A DNA stretch of 64,000 nucleotides from IMG/VR virus record IMGVR_UViG_3300022723_000207, positions 89,185 to 153,184 of that record; one strand, given 5' to 3'. A program made the translations under genes and the position numbers. Below are positions 27,026 to 36,327 of this stretch, one piece after another (within the stretch, counting starts at the first letter, position 1; every line of letters starts with the position of its first letter). Origin of the DNA: a virus. The notes under the pieces are model-generated. The model ran no database searches. It had not been told where the DNA came from and was given only the letters and a program-made list of their open reading frames with translations.

Positions 27026-27102
27026 GCCCGGTTAGTTCAGCTGGATAGAACATCTGATTACGGATCAGAAGGTCGTAGGTTCGAGTCCTACACTGGGTGC
27101 CA
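27026..27102 (+). tRNA. tRNA-Arg(ACG)
   Basis: loop TTACGGA, CCA. Confidence 0.93.
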
Positions 27103-27230
27103 AACATAATACACTGGTTCCTTGACAACTCCGGGGGCAGCCTGTTACAGGTCCCGGTTTTCCACCGCCAGTGTTGTGCCGCTAAGCGAGAAGGAATATG
27201 CGGCGTCGTCGGATGGGGTAAATATAATAT

Positions 27231-27818
27231 ATGAACTTAGGTATGATAAACATCACTGACGAAATGGTCGATCACTATGAAAATAGGACTCAAGATCATA
27301 TCACCTGTGTGAGAAATTGCATTAATCATCTCATGGATAAAAATCCGAATTTAGAAAGTCTTAGGTCTCGTGTGTCACTCCACGATCTCAGCAAGTGGAA
27401 AGAACCAGAATATACGCCTTATATCTGGCTGACGTGGCGCTATAAGTGTAAAGATGATGGCATTGAATTAGAATTGCCAGACGGTATGGATGAGAAGATC
27501 CAGCGGGCAACTTGGCACCACATAACTACTAATCCTCATCATCCAGAGTATTGGGACCAAGACGCAGAGTTTGAAGACAGCCTGAATAAGAGAGACCGCG
27601 ATAAGCCCCCAGAGAAACCCATAGACGCCACCAAAATGGACGATATTTCATTGGCTGAAATGGTTTGTGACTGGAATGCTATGGGACTTGAAAGAGGCAA
27701 TACCAGTAAAGAGTGGGCTGATAAAAATGTCAATGTTAGGTGGTTGTTCACAGATGATCAAGTAGAGAAGATTTATAAATGGATTGGCGATTTAGTAGAT
27801 AAGACTGAATTTCCTTAA
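27231..27818 (+). CDS. DUF5662-like HD-fold protein
   Basis: HDLSK, HHITTNPHHPEYW, EMVCDW motifs. Confidence 0.7.
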   Translation: MNLGMINITDEMVDHYENRTQDHITCVRNCINHLMDKNPNLESLRSRVSLHDLSKWKEPEYTPYIWLTWRYKCKDDGIELELPDGMDEKIQRATWHHITTNPHHPEYWDQDAEFEDSLNKRDRDKPPEKPIDATKMDDISLAEMVCDWNAMGLERGNTSKEWADKNVNVRWLFTDDQVEKIYKWIGDLVDKTEFP

Positions 27819-27829
27819 TAGGGGAAACA

Positions 27830-28093
27830 ATGCAAGTATATGAAGCAACTCACGATTTTGGTAGATTCTTGCGTTGGTTTGGTAATGCTAGAGATTGGGT
27901 TAAGATAGATATTGAAGAACTACACGATTCTACTTTATTGGGTAAAGATACGTTTCCATTCTCCGAGGAAGATTTAAAGATATGGCAACAAGCTGGATTA
28001 ATAAAAATGAGCGAAGTAGTTCTTGACCCTAATGATTTTAAACCATACCAAAGCATACTTGTTCGTTGTAAGACTTTGAAAACGCCTATTTAG
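27830..28093 (+). CDS. hypothetical protein
   Basis: 87-aa ORF with SD. Confidence 0.5.
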   Translation: MQVYEATHDFGRFLRWFGNARDWVKIDIEELHDSTLLGKDTFPFSEEDLKIWQQAGLIKMSEVVLDPNDFKPYQSILVRCKTLKTPI

Positions 28094-28920
28094 GGCAACA
28101 TTCTCAGTAACAACGCGGCAGCGCGATCTGGCCTTAGATAATTGTCCCAGATCCAACGCGATTGGCGAGCGTAATGATGCGGGTTGATATCTCTCAATTT
28201 AGTGAGGTCTTCTGGATCTTCTAGAAGGATGTAGTGTTCATTAGGGTTAAAAGGATACTCGAAAATTGGCATATAATTTAGTGCCATGGGCATTCCGCAT
28301 GATGGATATTCATATTCGCGGGTGTTTTTGAGTCTCTTGTGTGATAAGATAATGCCCCAAGTTGATTCGAGCATGGTTTGCAGATATTTTTCTGGAGCGA
28401 TGGGATGGCCTGTTGCAAAGAAATCACCTAATCCCTGCGCATGTTTAATCCATTCGACCCGGCGCATAAGTAAAGCACTGGCTTTACCTGATGTAATAAA
28501 CCCGGTGTATTTTTTGGGACCGTGCCATTGGAATTTGTTAACAAAATCAAACCCGCAAGGGAAAGTAATCCACGGTCTTACAGGACACTTGATCATATCC
28601 TCAAATTCAGGATCGTGATAGAATGACACCCAAAAATCCGGTTTGATATTATTAAACATACCGTTCAAGAATAGCTTATGGTTATGCACTGGCCGCATGA
28701 AAGCTTCAAGGATAACAAGCCTGCCGCCGATTTTGATAAAGCAAAGACCGCCATATTTGGCGCGATATTTATTGCCAAATAATCTTTTTACTTCTTCTAT
28801 GAGCATAGTGTTTTCTGGCTGTTCTTGTCTAGTGACATTAAAAATGCCAGATTTAATTAAAACATCTTCATAACACCGAATAAAATGATGCGGCTTACGA
28901 CTTTCAAGAATTAGGTCCAT
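28090..28920 (-). CDS. glycosyltransferase-like protein (paralog of 16974-17816)
   Basis: KNTREYEYPSCGMPMALNY, YPFNPNEHY. Confidence 0.65.
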   Translation of the reverse strand: MDLILESRKPHHFIRCYEDVLIKSGIFNVTRQEQPENTMLIEEVKRLFGNKYRAKYGGLCFIKIGGRLVILEAFMRPVHNHKLFLNGMFNNIKPDFWVSFYHDPEFEDMIKCPVRPWITFPCGFDFVNKFQWHGPKKYTGFITSGKASALLMRRVEWIKHAQGLGDFFATGHPIAPEKYLQTMLESTWGIILSHKRLKNTREYEYPSCGMPMALNYMPIFEYPFNPNEHYILLEDPEDLTKLRDINPHHYARQSRWIWDNYLRPDRAAALLLRMLP

Positions 28921-29498
28921 TACTTACCTAAATACTCTTTAATACCTTCAATATAATCAGGTATATAATGGTCTTCTGTAGACCAGAATTTCCACCATGG
29001 GGCTTCTTTAGAGCCTAGCCTTGTGGTATTGCCGCCATGTTTGTATCCAAACCACCAGGGCGGCACATGAGTTACCCAGTCACCTCTTCCTTTGATTCTA
29101 GTGTGTTTGTCTTTGATGTGACTGGCGAATCGTTTATTGCCAACACGCGGAGAACCGAGTGTTATGACTGGTTTCTGGAATCGCAATGCGCAAATTTGAG
29201 CAATCGCGCCACCTAAAGAATGACCTAAGAATAAATCGCAGTGCCCGACTATTGGGAATAGTCTTTCTGATTGCTCCCAAAATCCTTGGTGTACTTTGTA
29301 CTCTTCACCGCCAATATTAACTCTTTTTCGGCAAGCTCTAAGGTTATCATAAACATCTTTTGTTCCTGCCTTAGTCCCAGGAATTACGCATATTTCTTGT
29401 CCATTAATATTAAATAAGCTGTATTCAACATGATCTACAGCGCTTTCAGGTTTTAGGTCTGCTTGGAGGAGCAGGCCAGCAGCGTCTAGTAATCTCAT
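28920..29498 (-). CDS. lipase class 3 (alpha/beta hydrolase)
   Basis: VHQGF, GHSLGG, GSPRVG, DWVTHVP, C-terminal DH. Confidence 0.9.
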   Translation of the reverse strand: MRLLDAAGLLLQADLKPESAVDHVEYSLFNINGQEICVIPGTKAGTKDVYDNLRACRKRVNIGGEEYKVHQGFWEQSERLFPIVGHCDLFLGHSLGGAIAQICALRFQKPVITLGSPRVGNKRFASHIKDKHTRIKGRGDWVTHVPPWWFGYKHGGNTTRLGSKEAPWWKFWSTEDHYIPDYIEGIKEYLGK

Positions 29499-29516
29499 TG
29501 GTTAACTTTGATATAT

Positions 29517-29590
29517 GATGCTGTGGCGGAATTGGCTAACGCTCTTGATTGCAAATCAAGTATTTGTGGGTTCGAGTCCCACCGGCATCT
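29517..29590 (+). tRNA. tRNA-Cys(GCA)
   Basis: loop TTGCAAA, U73. Confidence 0.9.
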
Positions 29591-29595
29591 TTACT

Positions 29596-30004
29596 ATGAG
29601 GTATTGGCTAAACAAATACGATCTTAAAACTAATCCTAGCAATGATCCAAGAAAGAAGCTAGCTAAATTATGTGAAATGTGTTGCAAAAGATACACTAAA
29701 AGTCAGAAGATACAGGGTTAAGATGGCTGCTATAAGCTTGCTTGGCGGCAAGTGCATCAGATGTGAATGGAGTGGCCACATTGCATGTTATGAATTCCAT
29801 CATCCAGACGCTAATAAAGAATGTGAGATAAGTCGGATTTATAATAAATCTTGGGATTTTGTTAAAATGAAGTTGTGAAATGTGAATTATTGTGCATTAA
29901 ATGTCACAAGATCGAACACAGTAATTTCAGCGATGAATGGATGGAAATCGTCCTAGAATATGGCAAAGGTCCATATTCAAACCAAGAGGTTGAAGTTCTT
30001 TTAA
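29596..30004 (+). pseudogene. frameshifted HNH endonuclease (paralog of 32344-32904)
   Basis: pieces LLGGKCIRC..YEFHH..KSWDFVK and KCELLCIKCH are split across frames. Confidence 0.7.
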
Positions 30005-30081
30005 GGCCATATAGCTCAGCCCGGTAGAGCAGCAGTTTGAAGAACTGCCAGTCGTAGGTTCAAATCCTACTGTGGCCGCCA
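30005..30081 (+). tRNA. tRNA-Phe(GAA)
   Basis: loop TTGAAGA, CCA. Confidence 0.92.
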
Positions 30082-30259
30082 TCGTCAGCCCGCGTATCTG
30101 CCCAAGGCAATGTAGCTAAAGGGGTTACGTCCTTTTGCGTGGAAAACATGAGTGTGTTGCTCATGGCTGACATTTAGGGAAGGGATACGATCGGTATCCA
30201 TTGCGGTAAGCGTAGGTCGGGGCTTGCTGTACATGTATTTAAAACACGGAGGACAAAGC

Positions 30260-30460
30260 ATGCCAATGTACAAGATTACTGTGGATAAATGTGGAATGCC
30301 CAGTGTTGATTTTACTGAAGTGTTTTATAAAGAAGCCAAGGATTTTGAATCAGCTATTAATGGCGTTGATGAAATTAAGTCAGTTGAAGAAATTGGTCAA
30401 TCTTGGAATGAGTTTGTGAGAAACCAGATTCCAAAGCATTTGGTTCATACTAAAAAGTAG
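30260..30460 (+). CDS. hypothetical protein
   Basis: GGAGG SD before MPMYKI. Confidence 0.55.
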   Translation: MPMYKITVDKCGMPSVDFTEVFYKEAKDFESAINGVDEIKSVEEIGQSWNEFVRNQIPKHLVHTKK

Positions 30461-30464
30461 ATTA

Positions 30465-30863
30465 GTGGAATTGTCGTTGCTGTTTGCGTTGTCTGCAGAA
30501 TTTGCTGAGATTGGAGTTTCAGTAGAGCGGGAAGTTGGCTTAAATAACATGATTGGGTTTTCCGCTGCTGCATTGATCAATACGGAGTTGGGAGCACAAG
30601 CACGCATATTTATGGGAGGAAATAGTAGTTGGTTTTATTGGCGTATGGCTGGCGGATTGGCTTATTTTGAAAATGAATTTCCAAATGGTGGCACAAAGCA
30701 GAATTACGTTCTTTCGTTAAAACTTGGTGGCAGAGTTTCAGAAAAGTATAGTGTTTACTTGGAAGGTAGGCATTATAGCAATGGTCATATGTTTAATGGA
30801 AGAGACGAAGATACCAATCCTGGATGGAATGGGCTTTTTCTAGGTTTAGCCCGCCATTTTTGA
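30465..30863 (+). CDS. PagL-like lipid A deacylase / outer-membrane beta-barrel
   Basis: RHYSNG...NPGWN catalytic-loop motif, alternating beta strands, terminal Phe. Confidence 0.65.
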   Translation: MELSLLFALSAEFAEIGVSVEREVGLNNMIGFSAAALINTELGAQARIFMGGNSSWFYWRMAGGLAYFENEFPNGGTKQNYVLSLKLGGRVSEKYSVYLEGRHYSNGHMFNGRDEDTNPGWNGLFLGLARHF

Positions 30864-30906
30864 GTATTTAAATTATACGATAACAAGTTAAATCACAGGA
30901 GGCATA

Positions 30907-31212
30907 ATGGCCGCTAATGGACATGTTCACTCAGTATATCTTAAAGAGGGTGGATATCATCATCTGTTTAATCTGATGTTCATGACATCTTCAGAGATTG
31001 AGATTATTCAATTAGCTCTTAGTGGCAGACCTATTCCTAAGGACATGTCTTCTTCTGCCGAATCTGTAAGGGAGGCAGTAGACAACATCATTAATGTGGC
31101 AGTAGCTAAAGATCATCAGCCTGCCCAAGAGCGCATCGAGCCTAGTGATCAAATTAAAGATGCTAAGATTGTTGAAGAAAAGAAAGACGACGAGACAGAT
31201 AAAGAACAGTGA
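30907..31212 (+). CDS. hypothetical protein
   Basis: AGGAGG SD. Confidence 0.6.
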   Translation: MAANGHVHSVYLKEGGYHHLFNLMFMTSSEIEIIQLALSGRPIPKDMSSSAESVREAVDNIINVAVAKDHQPAQERIEPSDQIKDAKIVEEKKDDETDKEQ

Positions 31213-31288
31213 GCTAGTTTAGCTCAGTTGGTAGAGCAGGTGTTTTGTAAACATCAGGTCGGGGGTTCAAGTCCCTCAACTAGCACCA
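31213..31288 (+). tRNA. tRNA-Thr(TGT)
   Basis: loop TTTGTAA, CCA. Confidence 0.93.
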
Positions 31289-31362
31289 GATAGACTCCAG
31301 TGGCTAACAACTGGTCGTTGGAAATGCCAACGTAAAAGACTCGTGGCAGGGCGGGTAGCTAT

Positions 31363-31437
31363 GCCTGGGTAGCTCAGTGGGAGAGCGCATCCTTGGTAAG
31401 GATGAGGCCGAGAGTTCAATCCTCTCTCCAGGCACCA
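31363..31437 (+). tRNA. tRNA-Thr(GGT)
   Basis: loop TTGGTAA, CCA. Confidence 0.93.
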
Positions 31438-31455
31438 TTTAATAAAATATAGGAT

Positions 31456-31764
31456 ATGAAATTGGACATTATTAATACGCTGACAGAAGATCAACAGATG
31501 GCTCGCATTATGTCCATCATGGAAGATCTCTTTGATGGCCGAGAATTGGAAGACCTGTCAGGCGATGATGAAAATCTTTTGGGTGGTATCAGGAAGCTAG
31601 AAGAATTAGCTGCTAATTCTGGCGATGAAATGTCTTTTGAGGATATTGAATTAGCGTCGGCTGCTTTTCAGAAGTTAGCGGTATTGCTAAAAAGCAGCAG
31701 GGATGCATTGCAAGAACAATTGCAGATCAATAGGTTGACAGGTAAAAAGAAGCCTAGTTATTAA
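31456..31764 (+). CDS. acidic hypothetical protein
   Basis: AAATATA-N4-ATG; MKLDIIN..LTE. Confidence 0.6.
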   Translation: MKLDIINTLTEDQQMARIMSIMEDLFDGRELEDLSGDDENLLGGIRKLEELAANSGDEMSFEDIELASAAFQKLAVLLKSSRDALQEQLQINRLTGKKKPSY

Positions 31765-32008
31765 TTGCTCTGCGAAATCTGTTACAAACAAGTATGATCA
31801 CAGAAGTCAATGAAATTGATATGATGTACATCAGCTACGCGCTGAAGCATCAGGATGATCCAGTAGATGAGGAGACTGCCAACGCGGTCAATGAATCCAT
31901 CGATAAGTTCTGTAAAATGATGGACGAGACAGTAGAGTGGCTGGATAGTGATCCTGGTGTAAAGCTCATTAGTGAGCACGCACGAAAACGTAGTTAGCAA
32001 CCGGTCAA

Positions 32009-32299
32009 GCGCTCTTAGCTCAATGGTAGAGCATCTGACTTTCAAAGGAAGCCCTGCATGGAAACATGTAGGTGAAAATCGGGTGAATTCAGGGAACCCT
32101 CAGCGCGTAATGGCGGTGGCAATCCTGAGCCAAGCCTCATAGAGGAAGGTGCAGAGACTAGGTGATTACACCACTAGCGCCCGACACCCTAACGTAAAGA
32201 CGAGGGTGATGAGATAGTCCAGACCACAAACCGTAAGGGTAGTGAAAACTATAGTGGTAAGTAATCAGAGGGTTGAAGGTTCGAGTCCTTCAGGGCGCA
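32009..32299 (+). tRNA. tRNA-Lys(TTT) interrupted by a group I intron
   Basis: exon 1 32009-32042 plus exon 2 32262-32299 rebuild a cloverleaf with loop CTTT|TAA. Confidence 0.88.
32043..32261 (+). ncRNA. group I self-splicing intron (219 nt), insertion site 35/36
   Basis: P AATTCAGGGAA, Q AATCCTGAGC, R GTGCAGAGACT, S GAGATAGTCC; U.G pair in P1; terminal G. Confidence 0.92.
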
Positions 32300-32343
32300 C
32301 TTTAAACTCTTTCCCCATGAATTAATCTAAGCAAAATTAATTC

Positions 32344-32904
32344 ATGGGGAAAGATAATTATATGGCCAAGTATGTAGCAGCGCGGTATTTGCGTCTGAAA
32401 ATTCAAGCAATTGAGTATAAAGGCGGTAAGTGCAAATGTGGATATAATAAGTGCCATAATGCACTTCAATTTCATCATAGAGATCCGACAAATAAAGATA
32501 GTGACTGGCGTTATTTAAGGAAACGGTCTTGGGACTTTATAAAAACCGAGCTGGATAAATGTGATCTTCTCTGCGCTAATTGTCATGCCGAGGTTCATCA
32601 TGACGACGATAAATTGAAGGAAACCCTTGAATGGCTAAATGACAGGAAAAGAAAACCAGCTAATTATAAGAACGGTAACTGTGAGAATTGCGGAAAACAA
32701 TTTAATAGAAACCGCAATAATAGAAAATCAAAATACTGTGGTGTAAAATGTTCTGGTAAAGCCCAAGAAAAAGCGGATTATCCAAATGATCTTGAATTTA
32801 TAAAGATGGTTGATGATTTAGGACAGTCAGCAGTTGGTAGAAATCTTGGTGTTTCTGCCAACTCGATTAAAAAGAGATATCGAAAGATTAAATGCCAGCC
32901 TTAA
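32344..32904 (+). CDS. HNH homing endonuclease
   Basis: YKGGKC..CGY..ALQFHH, ELDKCDLLCANCHAEVH, Zn ribbon and C-terminal HTH. Confidence 0.85.
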   Translation: MGKDNYMAKYVAARYLRLKIQAIEYKGGKCKCGYNKCHNALQFHHRDPTNKDSDWRYLRKRSWDFIKTELDKCDLLCANCHAEVHHDDDKLKETLEWLNDRKRKPANYKNGNCENCGKQFNRNRNNRKSKYCGVKCSGKAQEKADYPNDLEFIKMVDDLGQSAVGRNLGVSANSIKKRYRKIKCQP

Positions 32905-32978
32905 TCCTCCGTAGCTCAACTGGCAGAGCAGCCCATTCTTAATGAGCGGGTTGTAGGTTCGAATCCCTAGCGGCTTAT
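32905..32978 (+). pseudogene. degenerate tRNA-Lys(CTT)
   Basis: D arm and loop TTCTTAA intact; acceptor stem and T stem broken. Confidence 0.6.
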
Positions 32979-32983
32979 AACAT

Positions 32984-33123
32984 GGAAGAGTGGCAGAAAG
33001 GCATTGCGACAGGTTGACCGCCTATCAAGATATGACCCAATAGGGATCGATCACCCAATTTGGTGGATGTACTGCTGGTAATTGATCATTACTGGCGTGG
33101 AGGTTCGAATCCTTCCTTTTCCT
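32984..33123 (+). ncRNA. oversized tRNA-like element (~140 nt)
   Basis: GGAAGAG/CTTTTCC acceptor, class II-like D arm, GGAGGTTCGAATCCTTC T arm, long central insert. Confidence 0.55.
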
Positions 33124-33155
33124 TTATTATTTATAAGTTATTGCTATAAATTGCT

Positions 33156-34322
33156 ATGGCTATTGAGAATCATAAAATAGACGATAGTGCTTTTGGGATT
33201 TATGCCCCAATAGTTAACGAGAATGTTCGTACTAGTGATGTCAATAGTTATAAAACCATAAGATCATATTATAAACGGCATGGCATAAAGACCACTGATT
33301 TAGATAGAGTTTACGAAACTAATTGCAAAGCCTTTAAAAGACGTGAATTCATAATGCCTCCAGGAATTTATGAATGGTCTGGTATTAGAGACACCATGGA
33401 AGCTAAGATTTGTTTAGCTATGACGTTTTGTAAGAATTATATTGCCGTCATTGGTGAAGAAATTAATAAAATGGGATTCCCTAAAGGGTCTGATGCTTGG
33501 ATAGAAAATCTAGAGGCCAACAGCGAGAGTAATGAAGCAATGCAGATGGCCATCAAAGATGGCTCTATGGCTTCTAAATGTGTTGATTTTGCTTGGGATC
33601 GTTGGCCAGTAATGGTTGCTAACAAACAATTTGTCGAAATCATAATGCATACAGATATCCCTAGTGATTTCAGTTTTGGTGATCTTAAAGCCCCTTACCC
33701 AGGGATGCTTATCGTATTTCCCAAGGATCTGCTAAAAATAGCTGGACCAAATGGTGAACTATGGTTCAAGACTAACGCAACTGATGTTAAACCAGGAGAC
33801 AATAATTCTGATGAGATAGATGAAATTAAAGTTCATATAAGTTCAGTATTAATATACTTTGATTTTGATAATGACGATGGCGGTATGATTATTGGAGTCA
33901 TAATTATGTCAGATACCGGATTTATGGCCCCGCTTGAAATTAAATCTGATAAGAATGATAGCTTGCTGGACGTAATTGATAGGTATGGTGGCATCAATGA
34001 CCCAGTTGGAGAACAACTTCATTTCTGGTTTGCTTTGTTGTTGTTTTTTATGGCGGAGCCAGATGAGGTGAGACCTTACGAGTCTAAGCGCATTACTAAA
34101 GATAGGATTCGTATTGAGGGTAAGAATGAAAAAATTGAAATTTGGAATCCAAAAATTCTTGGTTCTAAAATGGATATTGATTATAATCGAGAATGCAAAA
34201 TTGATGTTGATACAATTAGAAGGAAACGGCCACATTGGAGAAGAGGCCATTTTAGAAGAGCACGTGACAGCACCAAGCTAATTTGGATTAAACCAATATT
34301 TGTAAACAGACATCTACTGTAA
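33156..34322 (+). CDS. phage hypothetical protein with C-terminal PHWRRGH motif
   Basis: RPHWRRGHFRR...IWIKPIFVN. Confidence 0.65.
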   Translation: MAIENHKIDDSAFGIYAPIVNENVRTSDVNSYKTIRSYYKRHGIKTTDLDRVYETNCKAFKRREFIMPPGIYEWSGIRDTMEAKICLAMTFCKNYIAVIGEEINKMGFPKGSDAWIENLEANSESNEAMQMAIKDGSMASKCVDFAWDRWPVMVANKQFVEIIMHTDIPSDFSFGDLKAPYPGMLIVFPKDLLKIAGPNGELWFKTNATDVKPGDNNSDEIDEIKVHISSVLIYFDFDNDDGGMIIGVIIMSDTGFMAPLEIKSDKNDSLLDVIDRYGGINDPVGEQLHFWFALLLFFMAEPDEVRPYESKRITKDRIRIEGKNEKIEIWNPKILGSKMDIDYNRECKIDVDTIRRKRPHWRRGHFRRARDSTKLIWIKPIFVNRHLL

Positions 34323-34326
34323 TAGT

Positions 34327-34602
34327 CTAAAATTCTTTGACTGTTATGTCTTTATCACGTACAATTACATAATTTTCGTCATTATAATGAATTTCGGCAC
34401 CTAGAGGGGCCAACATAACGCGATCTCCAACTTCAACATCTACAGGGGCACGTTTGCCGTTCTTTAATCTTTTGCCGGGGCCAATTGCCATTACAGTGGC
34501 CCAACGTGACATTTGTTTAGCAGTCATGATGATGCCGCCATCAGAGATGTCTTTTGGCTCATCACGTTTAACAATAATTTGGTCATTTAATGGTGTCAGC
34601 AT
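34327..34602 (-). CDS. groES: co-chaperonin GroES
   Basis: PLNDQIIVKR..DGGII..VMAIGPG..DVEVGDRV. Confidence 0.92.
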   Translation of the reverse strand: MLTPLNDQIIVKRDEPKDISDGGIIMTAKQMSRWATVMAIGPGKRLKNGKRAPVDVEVGDRVMLAPLGAEIHYNDENYVIVRDKDITVKEF

Positions 34603-34609
34603 GAATTAG

Positions 34610-35194
34610 TTACTCGCATGTGATAAGTTCTTCAACAATTTTGCGGATTTCAATAGTTGCCTTGATATCACTCAAGGCATCATGAGCTTTAATCTCGATG
34701 TCCAGGGCATTAGCCACTGTTTCCAGCTTATAGTCAGATAGATAAATTTGGCCCATGTAATCAAGCATTCTTAGGATATAGAGTGGATCTATTTGGGCGT
34801 TTAGTTTTAGCCAGGACCCAATATAATCGTCTTCGCATTTCTTGAAGAACTGGATAATAAAATTAGTATCAAAGGCAATATTATATCCACAGGGGTAGAA
34901 TTTGTCTGTCGGATCAAATCGATCGACATATTTGTCAAATATCTTTACTAGCTGATCATGAACTACAAGGGGGTCTTCCCAAGTATAAATTTCTTTTTTG
35001 GGATGTCCATGGATTAGTAGTGCTTCTCCATCAATACGGTCATCGGGAAATGGTCGCATTTTGAAGTCGAATTCTTCGACTTGTTTATCATCGATTTCAA
35101 TAACACCAGCCAGTTGAATGATGCCATGAGTATTAGCAAATAAGCCAGTTGTTTCAACATCGAAATTGAATACTTTACGACATCCCTTAGACAT
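34610..35194 (-). CDS. DEDDh 3'-5' exonuclease (DnaQ-like)
   Basis: FDVETTG, GYNIAFD, AHDALSDI. Confidence 0.9.
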   Translation of the reverse strand: MSKGCRKVFNFDVETTGLFANTHGIIQLAGVIEIDDKQVEEFDFKMRPFPDDRIDGEALLIHGHPKKEIYTWEDPLVVHDQLVKIFDKYVDRFDPTDKFYPCGYNIAFDTNFIIQFFKKCEDDYIGSWLKLNAQIDPLYILRMLDYMGQIYLSDYKLETVANALDIEIKAHDALSDIKATIEIRKIVEELITCE

Positions 35195-35231
35195 AAATAT
35201 AAAATACGCCCGGTTAGAACATCCCGATTCA

Positions 35232-35305
35232 GCCTGATTAACTCAGTTGGCTAGAGTACCACACCGACATTGTGGAAGTCGAAGGTTCGAGTCCTTCATC
35301 AGGCA
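35232..35305 (+). tRNA. tRNA-Val(GAC)
   Basis: cloverleaf; loop CCGACAT has C33. Confidence 0.88.
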
Positions 35306-35352
35306 CTAATAGTTCGAACTTCTGGTTCAAAGGAGAGATATTAGTTAGCGTG

Positions 35353-35967
35353 TTAGGTGAATGCTTTTAGATTATCAAAAGCTCTGTTAAATCCAAAAAA
35401 TCTGGCTTTATAGTCGCTTTGGTCGTCTGATTGCAAATTTTCCCATTCTGAACGTAATTTCATTAGTTCTTTTGCTTTATTGGCGAAGTCTAATGTTGGA
35501 ATGGTTTGTTCTAATTTGCTTTTGGCTTGTTTGATTCCATTTAAATTAGTAGAATCGATTTCAATATGCAATAGCTCTGTGATTTTGTCATTTTCCACAT
35601 ATTCAATGCTAATGTCTACACCATACTTAGGTCTTAGCGATAGCAATTTTAGAAATCTTTTATCTTCTTCTGACTTACGTCGAATAATGTCAGCGGCATC
35701 GTCGTCATAAGCATATCTAGTTAAAATAAAGCTGTGATCTAAGATTATAGGTAGTTCGTCCTCATCAGTGATCCATTCAGAACACACGGAGTGATGATTA
35801 AGGCAGTCACCAACAGGAATGTTGAAATATCTATGGATAGCCCTTTCTACTTCTGTTAGTTCGTAGCCATCACGATCAAAATAACGTATTGATAGGTCCA
35901 ACAAGGAGACAGGGAAAGTGCCTCTTATAAATGGCAATCTTGGGAATTTGACGTCTATTACGCGCAT
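35353..35967 (-). CDS. conserved-looking phage hypothetical protein
   Basis: FDRDGYELT, LDHSFILTR, RPKYGVDISIEY. Confidence 0.65.
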   Translation of the reverse strand: MRVIDVKFPRLPFIRGTFPVSLLDLSIRYFDRDGYELTEVERAIHRYFNIPVGDCLNHHSVCSEWITDEDELPIILDHSFILTRYAYDDDAADIIRRKSEEDKRFLKLLSLRPKYGVDISIEYVENDKITELLHIEIDSTNLNGIKQAKSKLEQTIPTLDFANKAKELMKLRSEWENLQSDDQSDYKARFFGFNRAFDNLKAFT

Positions 35968-35998
35968 GTTTTAAATTTGTCAAATCTAGCAATAGACC

Positions 35999-36265
35999 AT
36001 GTTAGACTTCTGTAAGATTGTCGAAGAGGGTGGTAGAAAACGGCTAGCTATTAATCCTAAAAAACTATCTATTCACTTTATAAGAGTCTGGCGTAAGAAT
36101 AACAAAAATGATGCTGCGATTTTGTTTTGTGAGACAATGGAGTCAATGTTTTCGGTAATGAGTCGAATTAAACAAGAAAATGATGTCTTAGACCATAATG
36201 AGGAATTGAGAAGAGCGACAGAGATGACCGTATTCGTTGATCCTAAGGATTTTAATGCCCAATAG
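35999..36265 (+). CDS. hypothetical protein
   Basis: 88-aa ORF. Confidence 0.5.
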   Translation: MLDFCKIVEEGGRKRLAINPKKLSIHFIRVWRKNNKNDAAILFCETMESMFSVMSRIKQENDVLDHNEELRRATEMTVFVDPKDFNAQ

Positions 36266-36327
36266 CTCAATGGAAGAGCGATTGCCTCCGGAGCAGTAGT
36301 CCGCAAGTAATCTTGCTTGGGCAGCCA
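36256..36327 (+). tRNA. tRNA-Arg(CCG)-like with 4-nt T loop
   Basis: TGCCCAA/TTGGGCA acceptor, loop CTCCGGA, T arm GCAAG-TAAT-CTTGC, GCCA end. Confidence 0.65.
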
